Source: Candidatus Saccharimonadales bacterium (GTDB lineage: Bacteria; Chloroflexota; Limnocylindria; Limnocylindrales; CSP1-4). From it: a DNA stretch of 41,981 bases. The DNA lies in the NCBI GenBank assembly GCA_035629655.1, contig DASPHN010000022.1, forward strand, positions 1 to 41,981, given 5' to 3'. Below the pieces are notes generated by a model. The model saw only the letters and a list, made by a program, of their open reading frames with translations, had not been told where the DNA came from and did not search any database. The position numbers and the translations under genes were made by a program. Of this stretch, positions 1 to 9,368 are shown in pieces; positions within the stretch are counted from its first letter, which is position 1, and every line of letters starts with the position of its first letter.

Positions 1-1
1 C

Positions 2-1291
2 TACAACGGGACGATCTACCCGGGCGTCTACCAGGGCGAGCGGAGCGCGACGGTCGTCACGGTCTACGAGGCGATCGGCGCGTACCGGGCGGGCAAGATC
101 ACGCTCGACGAGCTGTACGAGGTGGAGAACGTCGCCTGCCCCGGGCCGGGCGCCTGCGGCGGCCAGTACACCGCGAACACGATGGCGATGGTCGTCGAGT
201 TCCTGGGCCTCTCCCCCGCCGGACTGAACGGCATCCCGGCCGAGGATCCGGCCAAGGACGGCGCGGCACGCCAGGCCGGCACGATCGTCATGGACCTGGT
301 CCGGCGCGACCGGCGGCCCTCCTACTTCGTGACCCGCGACGCGCTCGAGGACGCCATCGCGAGCGTGGCCGCGACGGGCGGCTCCACCAACGGCGTGCTG
401 CACCTGCTGGCCATCGCCCACGAGTACGGCATCCCGCTCGACATCGACGAGTTCGGGGCCATCGCCGACCGGACGCCGCTCATCGCCGACATGCGGCCGG
501 GCGGCCGCTACACGGCCTCCGATCTCTACGACGCGGGCGGTCTCGGGCTCGTCATGCGCCAGCTGCTCCGGCGTGACGGCCTCCTCCGTGGCGACCGGCT
601 CACGGTCGACGGGCGGACCATCGCCCAGGTCGCAACGGACGCGGTCGAGACCCAGGGTCAGCAGGTCATCGTGGACATCGACGCCCCGATCAAGCCCAAC
701 GGCGGCCTGGCGATCCTGCGTGGCACGCTCGCGCCGGACGGGTGCGTGGTCAAACTGGCGGGCCACGAGCGTCGCCAGCACACCGGCCCGGCGCGTGTCT
801 TCGACTCGGAGCAGGCCTGCTATGCGGCGGTCCGCGACCGGCGGATCGTGGCCGGCGACGTCGTCGTCATCCGCTACGAGGGCCCGGTCGGCGGACCGGG
901 CATGCAGGAGATGCTGCAGGTCACGGCCGCGCTCGTCGGCGAGGGCCTGGGCGATGCCGTCGCCCTCGTCACGGACGGCCGATTCAGTGGCGGCACCCAC
1001 GGGCTGATGATCGGTCACGTGGCCCCGGAGGCTGCGCTGGGCGGCCCGATCGCCGTCGTCCGGGAGGGCGACCTCATCGAGATCGACGTCGACCGCAAGG
1101 CCCTCGACCTGCACGTGCCGCCGGAGGAGGTCGCCGCGCGGTTCGCCGAGTGGGTCGCGCCGGAGCCCCATTACACGGGTGGCGTGCTGGCCAAGTACGC
1201 GGCGCTGGTCGGGTCCGCCTCCCAGGGCGCCGTGACGACCGGCCCGCGGATGACTGCCAACCTGCGGGGACGGGGGCCGGCCTCGACGTGA
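2..1291 (+). CDS. ilvD: Dihydroxy-acid dehydratase / IlvD-Edd family dehydratase, 5-prime truncated by window edge
   Basis: Frame is open from nt 2. The translation carries IlvD/Edd hallmarks ([37 protein letters not shown]). The TGA at 1289-1291 overlaps the next GTG (GTGA). Confidence 0.9.
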   Translation, partial: YNGTIYPGVYQGERSATVVTVYEAIGAYRAGKITLDELYEVENVACPGPGACGGQYTANTMAMVVEFLGLSPAGLNGIPAEDPAKDGAARQAGTIVMDLVRRDRRPSYFVTRDALEDAIASVAATGGSTNGVLHLLAIAHEYGIPLDIDEFGAIADRTPLIADMRPGGRYTASDLYDAGGLGLVMRQLLRRDGLLRGDRLTVDGRTIAQVATDAVETQGQQVIVDIDAPIKPNGGLAILRGTLAPDGCVVKLAGHERRQHTGPARVFDSEQACYAAVRDRRIVAGDVVVIRYEGPVGGPGMQEMLQVTAALVGEGLGDAVALVTDGRFSGGTHGLMIGHVAPEAALGGPIAVVREGDLIEIDVDRKALDLHVPPEEVAARFAEWVAPEPHYTGGVLAKYAALVGSASQGAVTTGPRMTANLRGRGPAST

Positions 1292-2190
1292 CCCGTCGGA
1301 TCCCCATCGGCATCAAGACCTCGCCGCAGGCCGTCGACTGGCCGACGCTCGATGCTGCTTGGGCGCGCATCGGGGAGCACGAGGTCTTCGATTCGGTCTG
1401 GATGAACGACCACCTCACGGACATCGCGCACCCGACCCATGGGCCGAGCTTCGAGGCGCTCACCGCCATGGCCGCGCTGGCACACCGCGTGCCCGGGCGG
1501 ACGATCGGGCATGTCGTGCTGTCGAACACGTTTCGCCACCCGACCGTGCTGGCCAAGGCGGCGACGGTCATGGACCATGCCACCGGCGGCCGTTTCGTCG
1601 TCGGGCTCGGCGCCGGCTGGCACGAGGGTGAGCACCTCCCGCTCGGGATCCCGATGGCGCCCATGCCCGAGCGCTTCGACCGGTTCGAATCCGCGGTGTA
1701 CGTGCTCAAGGCGCTCTGGTCCGAGGCGGCGACGACGCCGCCCGGCGTCACCCGGCCCGATCCCTTCTATCCGCTCGCGGCGGCGACGAACGAGCCGCCG
1801 CCCCTGACGCCTGGTGGACCACGGCTGTGGCTCGGCGGCCAGAAGCGGCGCGGGATCGCGCTTGCCGCGGCCGTGGCCGACGGCTGGCCCCTGCCCGCGA
1901 TCGTGCAGCCCGGACAGCCGGCCGACCTGACCTACTTCGCGGAAAAGCGCGACGCGATCCTGGCCGCCCTCGATGCGGCCGGCCGGGACCCGATCACGTT
2001 CGATATCGTGGCCCAGGTCGGGACGGGCACGACCGTCGACGACCGGCGATGGGCGTTGGGTCAGGCCCGTCAGGCCGTGGAGCTCGGCGCGACGCAGGTC
2101 ATCCTCGGGATGCCCGCCATGCTCGGCGGCGGTGGCGTGGACGACGTCGCCCGGGAGATCGCGACGCCCCTGCGCGAGGCGCTCGGCTGA
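1288..2190 (+). CDS. LLM-class (luciferase-like) F420/flavin-dependent oxidoreductase
   Basis: C-terminal 300 aa of ORF 742..2190 ([35 protein letters not shown]). GTG at 1288 forms a 4-nt overlap with the ilvD stop. The upstream part of the ORF overlaps ilvD out of frame. Confidence 0.8.
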   Translation: MTRRIPIGIKTSPQAVDWPTLDAAWARIGEHEVFDSVWMNDHLTDIAHPTHGPSFEALTAMAALAHRVPGRTIGHVVLSNTFRHPTVLAKAATVMDHATGGRFVVGLGAGWHEGEHLPLGIPMAPMPERFDRFESAVYVLKALWSEAATTPPGVTRPDPFYPLAAATNEPPPLTPGGPRLWLGGQKRRGIALAAAVADGWPLPAIVQPGQPADLTYFAEKRDAILAALDAAGRDPITFDIVAQVGTGTTVDDRRWALGQARQAVELGATQVILGMPAMLGGGGVDDVAREIATPLREALG

Positions 2191-2194
2191 GGCC

Positions 2195-3379
2195 CTAGGC
2201 CGGATCCGCTTCCTCGGCGGCCGCTCGTCGGCGCACCCAGACCGTGCCGTCGAGGATGTGCCGCGCGGTCCGACCCACGGCGATCGCCGCGATCGTCGAC
2301 GGATCGGCCGGGTCGCTGGCCCGCACGACGGCATGCATCACGCCGTACGGGTGGGCGATCCGGATGGTGTCGGGCTCCGGCCGATCGGATCGCCGCCGGA
2401 CCATCTCGTCGACGATCGTGCCGGGGACGAAGGCCGCGGCGGCGGTCGCGATGGCACCGGTCGTCATGTACGAGCGATGGGCCGTCTGCATGGACATCAG
2501 CCGGCCGACGATGTCGGCATCGCCGGCCGCGATGGTCGTGCCATCGGCGGCCGGGTGGTCGACCGGGGGGCTGACGAAGCCGACCTTCGGCAGGCCCGGC
2601 GTCGTCGCCGTGGCATCGCGTCGATCGGCCACGAGCCCGAGCCGCTCGGCGATGATCGAACGCGCCTCCTCGAGCGTGTCGGTCGCCGAGGTCGCCGCCT
2701 CGATACCGGCCGGGGACTCCGTGCCGGTCAGGCCCAGGTCGGTCGCCCGCAGGAAGACGGTGGGGTTGCCTGCGTCGACGACGGAGACCGTGATCGATCG
2801 GCCGTCCGCGAGCTCCAGCGTGTCGCACGGCGAGCCGGTCGGCAGGAGCATGCCGGTCACCGAGCCGGCCGGATCATCGAACTCGAGCAGGATCCGGGCG
2901 CTCGTGCCGGGCACACCCGGGATCGCGTAGTCGCCCTCGGTCGAGGCGCGCCGGCCGACCGTCGGCACGTGGGCGACGATCACCTTCGCCGTGTTCGTGT
3001 TGTGGATGCGGACCGTGGTCAGGTCGCCGGTGGCTCGCACGAGGCCCTGATCGATCGCGAACGGCCCGACGGCCGAGCTGATGTTCCCGCAGTTGCCGCC
3101 CCAGTCGACGAGGGCGTCGGTCACGCTGACCTGCGCGAAGGTGTAGTCGACGTCGGCATCGTCGCGGGTCGGCGGCCCGATGATCGCGGCCTTGCTGGTC
3201 TGCGAGGTGGCACCGCCCAGGCCGTCGATCTGACGCACGTCGGGGCTGCCGAAGACGTCGAGCAGGATCGGCTCGATGTCGGCTCGCGCGGTCGGCAGGT
3301 CGTTCTCGAGGAAGAACACGCCACGGCTCGTCCCGCCCCGCAGGATCGAGCATCGGATCGGGACGGCCTCGTGGCTCAT
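2195..3379 (-). CDS. PrpF / 3-methylitaconate isomerase / 4-oxalomesaconate tautomerase family protein
   Basis: 394 aa. N-terminus IRCSILRGGTSRGVFF and WGGNCGNISSAVGPFA are typical of the PrpF family. AGGAGG lies 7 nt upstream of the ATG. Confidence 0.85.
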   Translation of the reverse strand: MSHEAVPIRCSILRGGTSRGVFFLENDLPTARADIEPILLDVFGSPDVRQIDGLGGATSQTSKAAIIGPPTRDDADVDYTFAQVSVTDALVDWGGNCGNISSAVGPFAIDQGLVRATGDLTTVRIHNTNTAKVIVAHVPTVGRRASTEGDYAIPGVPGTSARILLEFDDPAGSVTGMLLPTGSPCDTLELADGRSITVSVVDAGNPTVFLRATDLGLTGTESPAGIEAATSATDTLEEARSIIAERLGLVADRRDATATTPGLPKVGFVSPPVDHPAADGTTIAAGDADIVGRLMSMQTAHRSYMTTGAIATAAAAFVPGTIVDEMVRRRSDRPEPDTIRIAHPYGVMHAVVRASDPADPSTIAAIAVGRTARHILDGTVWVRRRAAAEEADPA

Positions 3380-3415
3380 GGTTCGACCTCCTGTGGATGG
3401 GCGTCGGGTCGGCGG

Positions 3416-4291
3416 TCACCCGCCATAGCGTGCCTCGGCGGCGTCGATCTCGGCCAGGCCGACGAGTGCCTGGCGGTCGTCCCACGACAGCATCCGGTCC
3501 TGGAGCGCGGCGGCGTCGCCGGTCGTTCGCAGCTCCGCCAGCGCATCGCGGATGGCCGCCGCGCCGACACGCAGCGCGGTATTGGCAAAGAGGACGATCC
3601 GGTATCCGAACGCCCCGAGCTCGTCGACCGTGGCGAGGGGCGTCCGGCCACCCTCGACCATGTTCGCCATGAGTGGCACCGGGAGGCGGGCGGGCAGGGC
3701 CGCGAGGTCGTCCCGCGTCGGAGGCGCCTCGATGAACACGGCATCGGCGCCCGCCTCGGCGAAGGCCAGGCCGCGGTCGATCGCCGCCTCGAGCCCATGC
3801 GTGGCGATCGCGTCGGTCCTGGCGATGACCACGAGCGAGGCGTCGATGCGCGCGTCGAGGACGGCCCGGAGCTTGCCCAGCATCTCGGGCAGCGCGACGA
3901 CCTCCTTGCCGTCGAAGTGGCCGCAGCGCTTTGGGAAGACCTGGTCCTCGAGCTGCAGTGCCGCAGCCCCGGCCCGCTCGAAGGCGCGGGTCGCGCGCTG
4001 GGCATTGATCGCGTTGCCGAAGCCGGTGTCCATGTCGGCGACGACCGGGATGTCGACGACGTCACAGATGCGGGCTACCTGGTCGGCGGCCTCGGTCATC
4101 GTGGTGAGCCCGACGTCTGGCCGGCCGAGCAGGGCATTGGCGATCCCCGCGCCCGTGGCGTACACCGCGTCGTAGCCCACGGTGACCGCGATCCGGGCCA
4201 CCAGCGCATCGCTGCAGCCGGGCAGCACGAGTGGCTCGGGCCGGGCGAGCAGGGCCCGAAGGCGGACGCCCGGGGCGTCGGCGCTGGTCAC
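3416..4291 (-). CDS. Isocitrate lyase/PEP mutase superfamily lyase (2-methylisocitrate-lyase / dimethylmalate-lyase-like)
   Basis: 291 aa with ADMDTGFGN, LQLEDQVFPKRCGHFDGK and IARTDA motifs. GTG start. Confidence 0.85.
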   Translation of the reverse strand: MTSADAPGVRLRALLARPEPLVLPGCSDALVARIAVTVGYDAVYATGAGIANALLGRPDVGLTTMTEAADQVARICDVVDIPVVADMDTGFGNAINAQRATRAFERAGAAALQLEDQVFPKRCGHFDGKEVVALPEMLGKLRAVLDARIDASLVVIARTDAIATHGLEAAIDRGLAFAEAGADAVFIEAPPTRDDLAALPARLPVPLMANMVEGGRTPLATVDELGAFGYRIVLFANTALRVGAAAIRDALAELRTTGDAAALQDRMLSWDDRQALVGLAEIDAAEARYGG

Positions 4292-4307
4292 GGCGTCGCG
4301 ACCGCGG

Positions 4308-5189
4308 TCAGGCCGCGTAGCGCGGGAGGACGTCCCGCGCGAAGCGCTCGAGGACGCCGCGATCGGTGGTCAGCAGGATGACGTTGAGCAGATCGACGCC
4401 GGCATCCTGGTAGGCATCGAGCGCGGCAACGACATCGTCGTTCGTTCCGGTGTGCACGAGCTCGGGAAACGGCTTGCGCAGGGTGCCGTAATAGCGCAGC
4501 AGCAGGCGTTCGCCTTCCTCGAGGTCCGCCTGGTCCGTCGCGGGGAGGACGTAGGCCAGCGCCCCGACGGGAAACTCGGTCTTGCCCGCTGCGGTGGCCG
4601 CGGCGCGGATGGCCGGGACGCGCTCGCGGATCATGTCGACGCCCGGGGCGCCGAAGAGGTAGGCCTGACCGTAGGTCGCCGCGCGCTCGATGGCGGCGGG
4701 CGTGTAGCCACCGACCCAGAACGGCGGGTGAGGCTGCTGGAGCGACGCGGGCCCGGCGACCTGGCCGCTCTCGCGCGAGGCGGCGGCATCCGCCCAGAGT
4801 CCGATCAGCCGCTGGAGCTGGCCCTCGAAGATCCGTCCGCGGCCGGTCGTCGTTCGACCGAAGAGGCCGAAATCCTCGGGCCGGGAGCCCAGCGCCATGC
4901 CCAGGTCGAGGCGACCCTCCGAGACCTGGTCCAGGACGCTCGCCTGCTTGAACACGAGCGCCTCGTCGCGCATCGGGAGCAGCAGGGCGCCGGTCAGCAG
5001 GCGGACCCGGCTCGTGACCGGTGCCACGGCCAGCAGCGCCGCCATCGGCTCCCACGTGTCGTGGAATGGGCGGTCGTGCACGGCCAGGGCGGCGAAGCCG
5101 GCTTCGTCCGCAAACCTCGCCCAGTCCAGGACATCGCCACCCGAAACGACGTTCCCGAGCCACGTCGGCAGACCGATCCCGAGCCTCAC
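4308..5189 (-). CDS. LLM-class flavin/F420-dependent oxidoreductase
   Basis: C-terminal 293 aa of ORF 4308..5546 look luciferase-like. GTG at 5189 is preceded by AGGAGG with 5-nt spacing. The longer ORF start has no support. Confidence 0.75.
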   Translation of the reverse strand: MRLGIGLPTWLGNVVSGGDVLDWARFADEAGFAALAVHDRPFHDTWEPMAALLAVAPVTSRVRLLTGALLLPMRDEALVFKQASVLDQVSEGRLDLGMALGSRPEDFGLFGRTTTGRGRIFEGQLQRLIGLWADAAASRESGQVAGPASLQQPHPPFWVGGYTPAAIERAATYGQAYLFGAPGVDMIRERVPAIRAAATAAGKTEFPVGALAYVLPATDQADLEEGERLLLRYYGTLRKPFPELVHTGTNDDVVAALDAYQDAGVDLLNVILLTTDRGVLERFARDVLPRYAA

Positions 5190-5242
5190 GGACACCTCCT
5201 GGAGCGACGGATCCGGCGGTCGCCCGACCCCGCGCTGCCATA

Positions 5243-5258
5243 GTATGCGAATGCACAC
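5243..5258. promoter_or_regulatory. Operator-like site GTATGCGAATGCACAC (regulon motif copy 1)
   Basis: AT-rich near-palindrome in the divergent intergenic region between the LLM gene (start 5189, -) and nadX (start 5325, +). It matches the GTATrC-N4-GyAyAC pattern seen at 9 other promoters. Confidence 0.55.
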
Positions 5259-5324
5259 AACGGGTCCACGATGGTCGCCGAGTCGATCGTCGAGGGCTGA
5301 TCCGAGCGGGAGGACGGAGGCAGG

Positions 5325-6128
5325 ATGGGCGTTCGAGTCGTGGTCATCGGGTTCGGTGCGGTCGGCCGGCAGCTGCACGATCTGGTCGCCGATGGGGCGG
5401 CCGGCGAGGCCGAGGTCGTCGGCTTCCTCGTTCGCGACCTGGCGCGCTATCGGGAGATCGCGGCCCGCCAGAAGGTGCCCCTGGTCGCCTCCGTGAGCGA
5501 TGCGCTGGCCCTCCATCCTGACGTGGTCGTGGAAGCCGCCGGCCACGACGCGATGCGCTCGGTGGTGCCGGCCTTCCTCGCGGCGGGCTGCGACGTCATC
5601 GCCATCAGTGCGGGCGCGCTGGCCGACCCCGACCTCGTCGACGAGATCCGTGCCGCAGCCGAGCGAGGCGCGGCCCGCCTTCGGGTCCCCTCAGGGGCGA
5701 TCGCCGGGCTTGACGCCATCAGCGCGGCCGCGGTCGGTCGCATCGAGCGGGTCCGCCATACCGTCCGGAAGCCACCGGCGACGCTCCTGCCGCCGGATGA
5801 GGCCGCAGCGGTCGTCGCCGCCGGCGAGCCACGGGAGCTGTACGAAGGCACGGCCCGCGAGGCCGCCATCCGCTTCCCGGCCAACGTCAATGTGGTCGCC
5901 GCCGTCAGCCTCGCCGGGATCGGGCTCGATCGGACCATGGTCCAGGTCGTCGCGGATCCGGGCGTGACCCGGAACACGCATGAGGTCCTCGTGGAAGGGG
6001 CCTTCGGACGGCTCGAGGTGACCATCGCGAACACCCCGTCCGAGAACCCGAAGACGGGGGTGATCGTGGCCCAGAGCCTGGCCCGCGTGCTGCGTGCCTA
6101 CGGTGAGACGATCGTCGTCGGCGCCTGA
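5325..6128 (+). CDS. nadX: L-aspartate dehydrogenase
   Basis: 267 aa. It has the Rossmann N-terminus VVVIGFGAVG plus PSGAIAGLD and NVNVVAA motifs typical of the NadX family. GGAGG lies upstream. Confidence 0.85.
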   Translation: MGVRVVVIGFGAVGRQLHDLVADGAAGEAEVVGFLVRDLARYREIAARQKVPLVASVSDALALHPDVVVEAAGHDAMRSVVPAFLAAGCDVIAISAGALADPDLVDEIRAAAERGAARLRVPSGAIAGLDAISAAAVGRIERVRHTVRKPPATLLPPDEAAAVVAAGEPRELYEGTAREAAIRFPANVNVVAAVSLAGIGLDRTMVQVVADPGVTRNTHEVLVEGAFGRLEVTIANTPSENPKTGVIVAQSLARVLRAYGETIVVGA

Positions 6129-6384
6129 TCCGGCCGCGAGACCACGCATGACGCCCAAGACCCCCAGCCACCCGGCCGCCGTGGAACATCACTCGTGACG
6201 AACTCGGGTGGACCGGCCGCTCAGCGGTCCGGTGGAACAAGGGACGTGCCATCGGACGGAGGGACGGGCCGATACCGTCCACTCAAGCAGAGCTCGGAAC
6301 ACGTGATGTGCCGGGATGGCGCGGTAGCGCTGCTGCCTCGTCGCCTCGCCTCGCCGCGCCGCGGCCGCCTCGCCGGGGACGTGC

Positions 6385-6714
6385 TCAGCCGGGCGAGTAG
6401 TCCGTGAAGATGCTCCGCGACGGCCGCCCTTCGACGAACGGGGCGGCGATCTCGCGGATCCGGAACATCGACTCGCTGGCCGCGTACGCATCGAGGGCCG
6501 CCTGGTCCTGCCAGACCTGCAGGTAGACGTGCCGGCCGCTTTCGAAGTCGCCGAAGAACCGGAAGTCGAGCAGGCCCGGCACCATCCGGAAGGCCACGGC
6601 CGTGCGCTCGGCCAGCTGCTGCGCGTCCGCGACGGACATCGTCGGCGCCTGCCACTCGATGAGCGAGGTGATGCGGGTCTCGGTCGATCCGGTCGGTTCG
6701 TTCGGCTGGTCCAT
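6385..6714 (-). CDS. Small ABM-like (antibiotic-biosynthesis-monooxygenase fold) protein
   Basis: 109 aa from the internal ATG at 6714 (GGGAG upstream). The sequence pattern (GLLDFRFF...YLQVWQDQAALDAY) resembles ABM/ferredoxin-like barrels. High GC3. Confidence 0.5.
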   Translation of the reverse strand: MDQPNEPTGSTETRITSLIEWQAPTMSVADAQQLAERTAVAFRMVPGLLDFRFFGDFESGRHVYLQVWQDQAALDAYAASESMFRIREIAAPFVEGRPSRSIFTDYSPG

Positions 6715-6803
6715 GGCGGGCTCCCATCGGTGACATCGGCGGAGGTCGGCCCCGAATCGTCGCACGTTCGGGGAAGGTTCGACTGTCATCTCGCCGGCCG
6801 ACC

Positions 6804-6819
6804 GTATACAATCGGATAC
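6804..6819. promoter_or_regulatory. Operator-like site GTATACAATCGGATAC (regulon motif copy 2)
   Basis: Lies in the divergent intergenic region between the ABM-like gene (6714, -) and the small ORF/DHOD-like operon (6869, +). It has the CAATCG core shared with sites at 14770, 21157 and 24511. Confidence 0.6.
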
Positions 6820-6868
6820 CGAACCCGTCGCGCCCGCTCCGAGGGCGCCACCCGATGAGGACGACGCC

Positions 6869-7096
6869 ATGAGCGATACCGATTGCGAGGCTCTGCGGGC
6901 CGAGATCAAGACCCTGCAGGAGGAGTTCGAGGGGCTGTGGCTCCAGGTCTCGGCGGGAGCGACGCCCACGCCACGCTACCGGGAGCTGCGACGGATGATC
7001 GACGAGCTCCGCGCCAAGGCGACGGCCGAGTGCGATCCGGTCGGCGAGGACAGCGCTCTGCCGCGCAGCATCTCGTCGGACTGGCGGGCGGGCTGA
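6869..7096 (+). CDS. Hypothetical small coiled-coil protein (75 aa)
   Basis: ATG with GAGGA upstream and very high third-position GC. Heptad-like EALRAEIKTLQEEFEGL. No recognisable family. Confidence 0.45.
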   Translation: MSDTDCEALRAEIKTLQEEFEGLWLQVSAGATPTPRYRELRRMIDELRAKATAECDPVGEDSALPRSISSDWRAG

Positions 7097-7154
7097 CCCA
7101 GGGGCACCGTCGATCGGTCGGCACCCCGACCGCGACCGTGGCACCATCACCGCC

Positions 7155-8246
7155 ATGACCATCGACCTCAACGGCATCCGGCTCCGCAACCGCCTCCTGA
7201 CCTCGGCCAGCCTGCTCGGCTACGGCGCCTCGAAGCGCAAGCTCATCCTCTACGGCCTGAGCCCCATCGCCCAGTGGGTCCCCCTGGAGCGGTTCGGCGC
7301 GGTGACCACCAGGACCCTGACCGTCGAGCCCCGGGAGGGCCACTTCTCCCTCCGCGAGGACTGGTCGCTGACCGAGTTCCCGAAGATGCTCCAGCTCTAC
7401 GGCAAGGCGCTGCGCCGGGTCGATGCCGGCTGGATGAACGCCTTCGGCTGGTGCAACATCGGCATCGACGCGTACTTCGACGAGTACTTCCCACGGACCG
7501 CGGACCAGAACCGGATCGTCTCGCTCGGCGGCTTCTCCGCGGACGAGTTCGAGCGCCTGGTCGAGACCACCAATGAGCGCGCGAAGCCGGGTGAGATCGC
7601 CGCGGTCGAGTTCAACGTCTCGTGCCACAACGTGAACTTCCCGTTCGAGACGATCCTCGACGAGGTCCTGAGCCGCGCCGTCCCGAAGAGCCGCCACCCG
7701 GTCATCCTCAAGCTGTCGCCGGACGAGGACTACGTCGGCCAGGCTCAGATGGGCGCCCGGCACGGCGTCGCGGCACTGACTGCGATCAACGCGGTCAAGG
7801 GCCTGCGCCTCGACCCCGAGACCGGCGAGCCGTTCATGAAGAACCGCTACGGCAGCATCTCTGGACGGGCCATCAAGCCGATCGGCCTGCGCGTCGTCGC
7901 CGAGCTACGGGACGCCGGCATCCAGCTGCCGATCATCGCGACCGCGGGGATCCGCGATTACGACGACTGCCGTGAGTTCTTCTGGGCGGGCGCCGACGCG
8001 GTCAGTCTCGGCAGCGCGGTCTGGCTGACCCGCATGCCGCTCTACGCGCTGGGACCGCTCGAGGGCATCCGCCTCCGACGGCTGATCTCGCGCATGGAGC
8101 GGTTCACGCCGCCGGCCGGTGCGCCCCACTGGACACCTGAGGGCGCGCGCGACGGGACCCCGCTCCACGTGAACCTCGATCCGGTGCCCGAGCTCGTGGG
8201 CTTGGCGAATGGCGCCCATCCGAGCGCGTCGGTGCCGACCGCCTAG
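7155..8246 (+). CDS. Dihydroorotate dehydrogenase-like (class 1 PyrD/PreA family) FMN oxidoreductase, divergent
   Basis: 363 aa. Has an NVSCHN active-site-like loop (canonical N-x-S-C-P-N), GSISGRAIKP, and IIATAGI...GADAVSLGSA. Confidence 0.8.
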   Translation: MTIDLNGIRLRNRLLTSASLLGYGASKRKLILYGLSPIAQWVPLERFGAVTTRTLTVEPREGHFSLREDWSLTEFPKMLQLYGKALRRVDAGWMNAFGWCNIGIDAYFDEYFPRTADQNRIVSLGGFSADEFERLVETTNERAKPGEIAAVEFNVSCHNVNFPFETILDEVLSRAVPKSRHPVILKLSPDEDYVGQAQMGARHGVAALTAINAVKGLRLDPETGEPFMKNRYGSISGRAIKPIGLRVVAELRDAGIQLPIIATAGIRDYDDCREFFWAGADAVSLGSAVWLTRMPLYALGPLEGIRLRRLISRMERFTPPAGAPHWTPEGARDGTPLHVNLDPVPELVGLANGAHPSASVPTA

Positions 8247-8260
8247 GCCATGCCGGCCGT

Positions 8261-9349
8261 CTAGGCCGCGCCGGCCACCGCCCAGCGCTCGTACGCCGCG
8301 CGCAGGATCGCCAGCCGCCGCTCCACGTTGCGCTGCTCGTTCGTGCCGTGCTGCGACAGCTCCGAGAACTCGACGAGCGCTGGATCGCGCTCGGATTCGG
8401 GGAGATCCAGCGCCGCGAGCCGCGTCCGTCCGAACCACTCGAGGAATGTTCGGACCCGGTCGACCGCCGCCCGACCCGGCTTGGCCTCCGGCAGGGCCTC
8501 ACCCACGAACAGGTAGGCCAGGAGCGCCTGTGCCGGCGACCCCAGCAACGGGTCGCGCGGAGCGAACACGGCGTCGAGGCGGTCGAGCGTCGCGTCGACG
8601 GTCGCGAGGAGGGCCGGGCCCGCGTCACCCGGGAGCCGCCGGTTCGCTCGCGCGAAGGTGTCGAGGGCCGGCCCGCGCAGGTCCGGGATGGTCGTCTCGC
8701 CCTGTGCCCGCGCCCACTCGATCGCCAACAGCCGCGCCGCCAGGTCGTAGTGTTGGTGGCGCCCGTTCGAGAAGTGCAGCCGGTCCCGGAAGAACGGGCG
8801 GGCGCCGACCTCTCGGATCAGGCGGACGACGTCGCCACCCATGGCGTTGCGCTTCTCGGCCGCGTTGAGCGGCTCGCCATTGTTCAGGCGCGAGAAGAGA
8901 TCTTCGATGTCCTCGTCGGTGGCGTGCCGGATGAGGACGACCGACAGGAACGTGTCCTCGAACACGCTGCGCCAGCGCGGATCGAGCTCCGAGAAGCGCT
9001 GCCCGGCGACCGGCGTGACGGCGTCCTCGGGGAGCTCCGGGGGCACGTTCCGGGACTCGATCCGGAAGTCATCCGCGAGCGCGAACCCGTCGGTGAGGAA
9101 CGACCACAGCGTGGTGAGCCGCTGCTTGCCATCCACGATCGCGTAGACCTTGGTCGGATGCTCCCCACGCAGGTCGTGCAGGTAGATCTTCGGCACGTCG
9201 TAGCCGTTGAGCAAGGAATCGATGAAGAGCTGCTGCTTGTCGAGCGACCAGACCGCGCTCTCGCGCTGGTACGGCGGTCGCTCCTCGATGGCACTCTTCC
9301 AGCGGAGCGACTTCTTGATCGTGAAGTGCTGGGCCAGGATGCAGCGCAT
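8261..9349 (-). CDS. DUF262 domain protein (ParB-like / GmrSD N-terminal-like), no recognisable DUF1524/HNH domain
   Basis: PPYQRESAVWSLDKQQLFIDSLLNGYDVPKIYL and YAIVDGKQRLTTL match the DUF262 (DGQQR) signature. The ATG at 9349 was chosen because the longer TTG start at 9418 would overlap the upstream ORF. Confidence 0.75.
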   Translation of the reverse strand: MRCILAQHFTIKKSLRWKSAIEERPPYQRESAVWSLDKQQLFIDSLLNGYDVPKIYLHDLRGEHPTKVYAIVDGKQRLTTLWSFLTDGFALADDFRIESRNVPPELPEDAVTPVAGQRFSELDPRWRSVFEDTFLSVVLIRHATDEDIEDLFSRLNNGEPLNAAEKRNAMGGDVVRLIREVGARPFFRDRLHFSNGRHQHYDLAARLLAIEWARAQGETTIPDLRGPALDTFARANRRLPGDAGPALLATVDATLDRLDAVFAPRDPLLGSPAQALLAYLFVGEALPEAKPGRAAVDRVRTFLEWFGRTRLAALDLPESERDPALVEFSELSQHGTNEQRNVERRLAILRAAYERWAVAGAA

Positions 9350-9368
9350 CAGCCCGGCCGGCGGGCGG

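Noticed and set aside
1973-4381. 802-aa ORF on the + strand. Similar long ORFs occur at 10560-12182, 12388-13737, 14708-16504, 16442-18235, 24303-26024, 26037-27515, 28933-31002, 32521-33711, 35513-37483, 36207-37550 and 37165-38616.
   Set aside because: All are Arg/Gly/Pro/Asp-rich low-complexity translations. Each lies antisense or out of frame to genes with clear family signatures. This is typical stop-codon depletion in roughly 70% GC DNA.
6129-6384. Short repeated GTGGAACA words and a GGACCG...CGGTCC hairpin between nadX and the ABM-like gene, as a possible small RNA
   Set aside because: The stems are short and imperfect in a convergent terminator region. That is not enough evidence beyond ordinary terminator structure.
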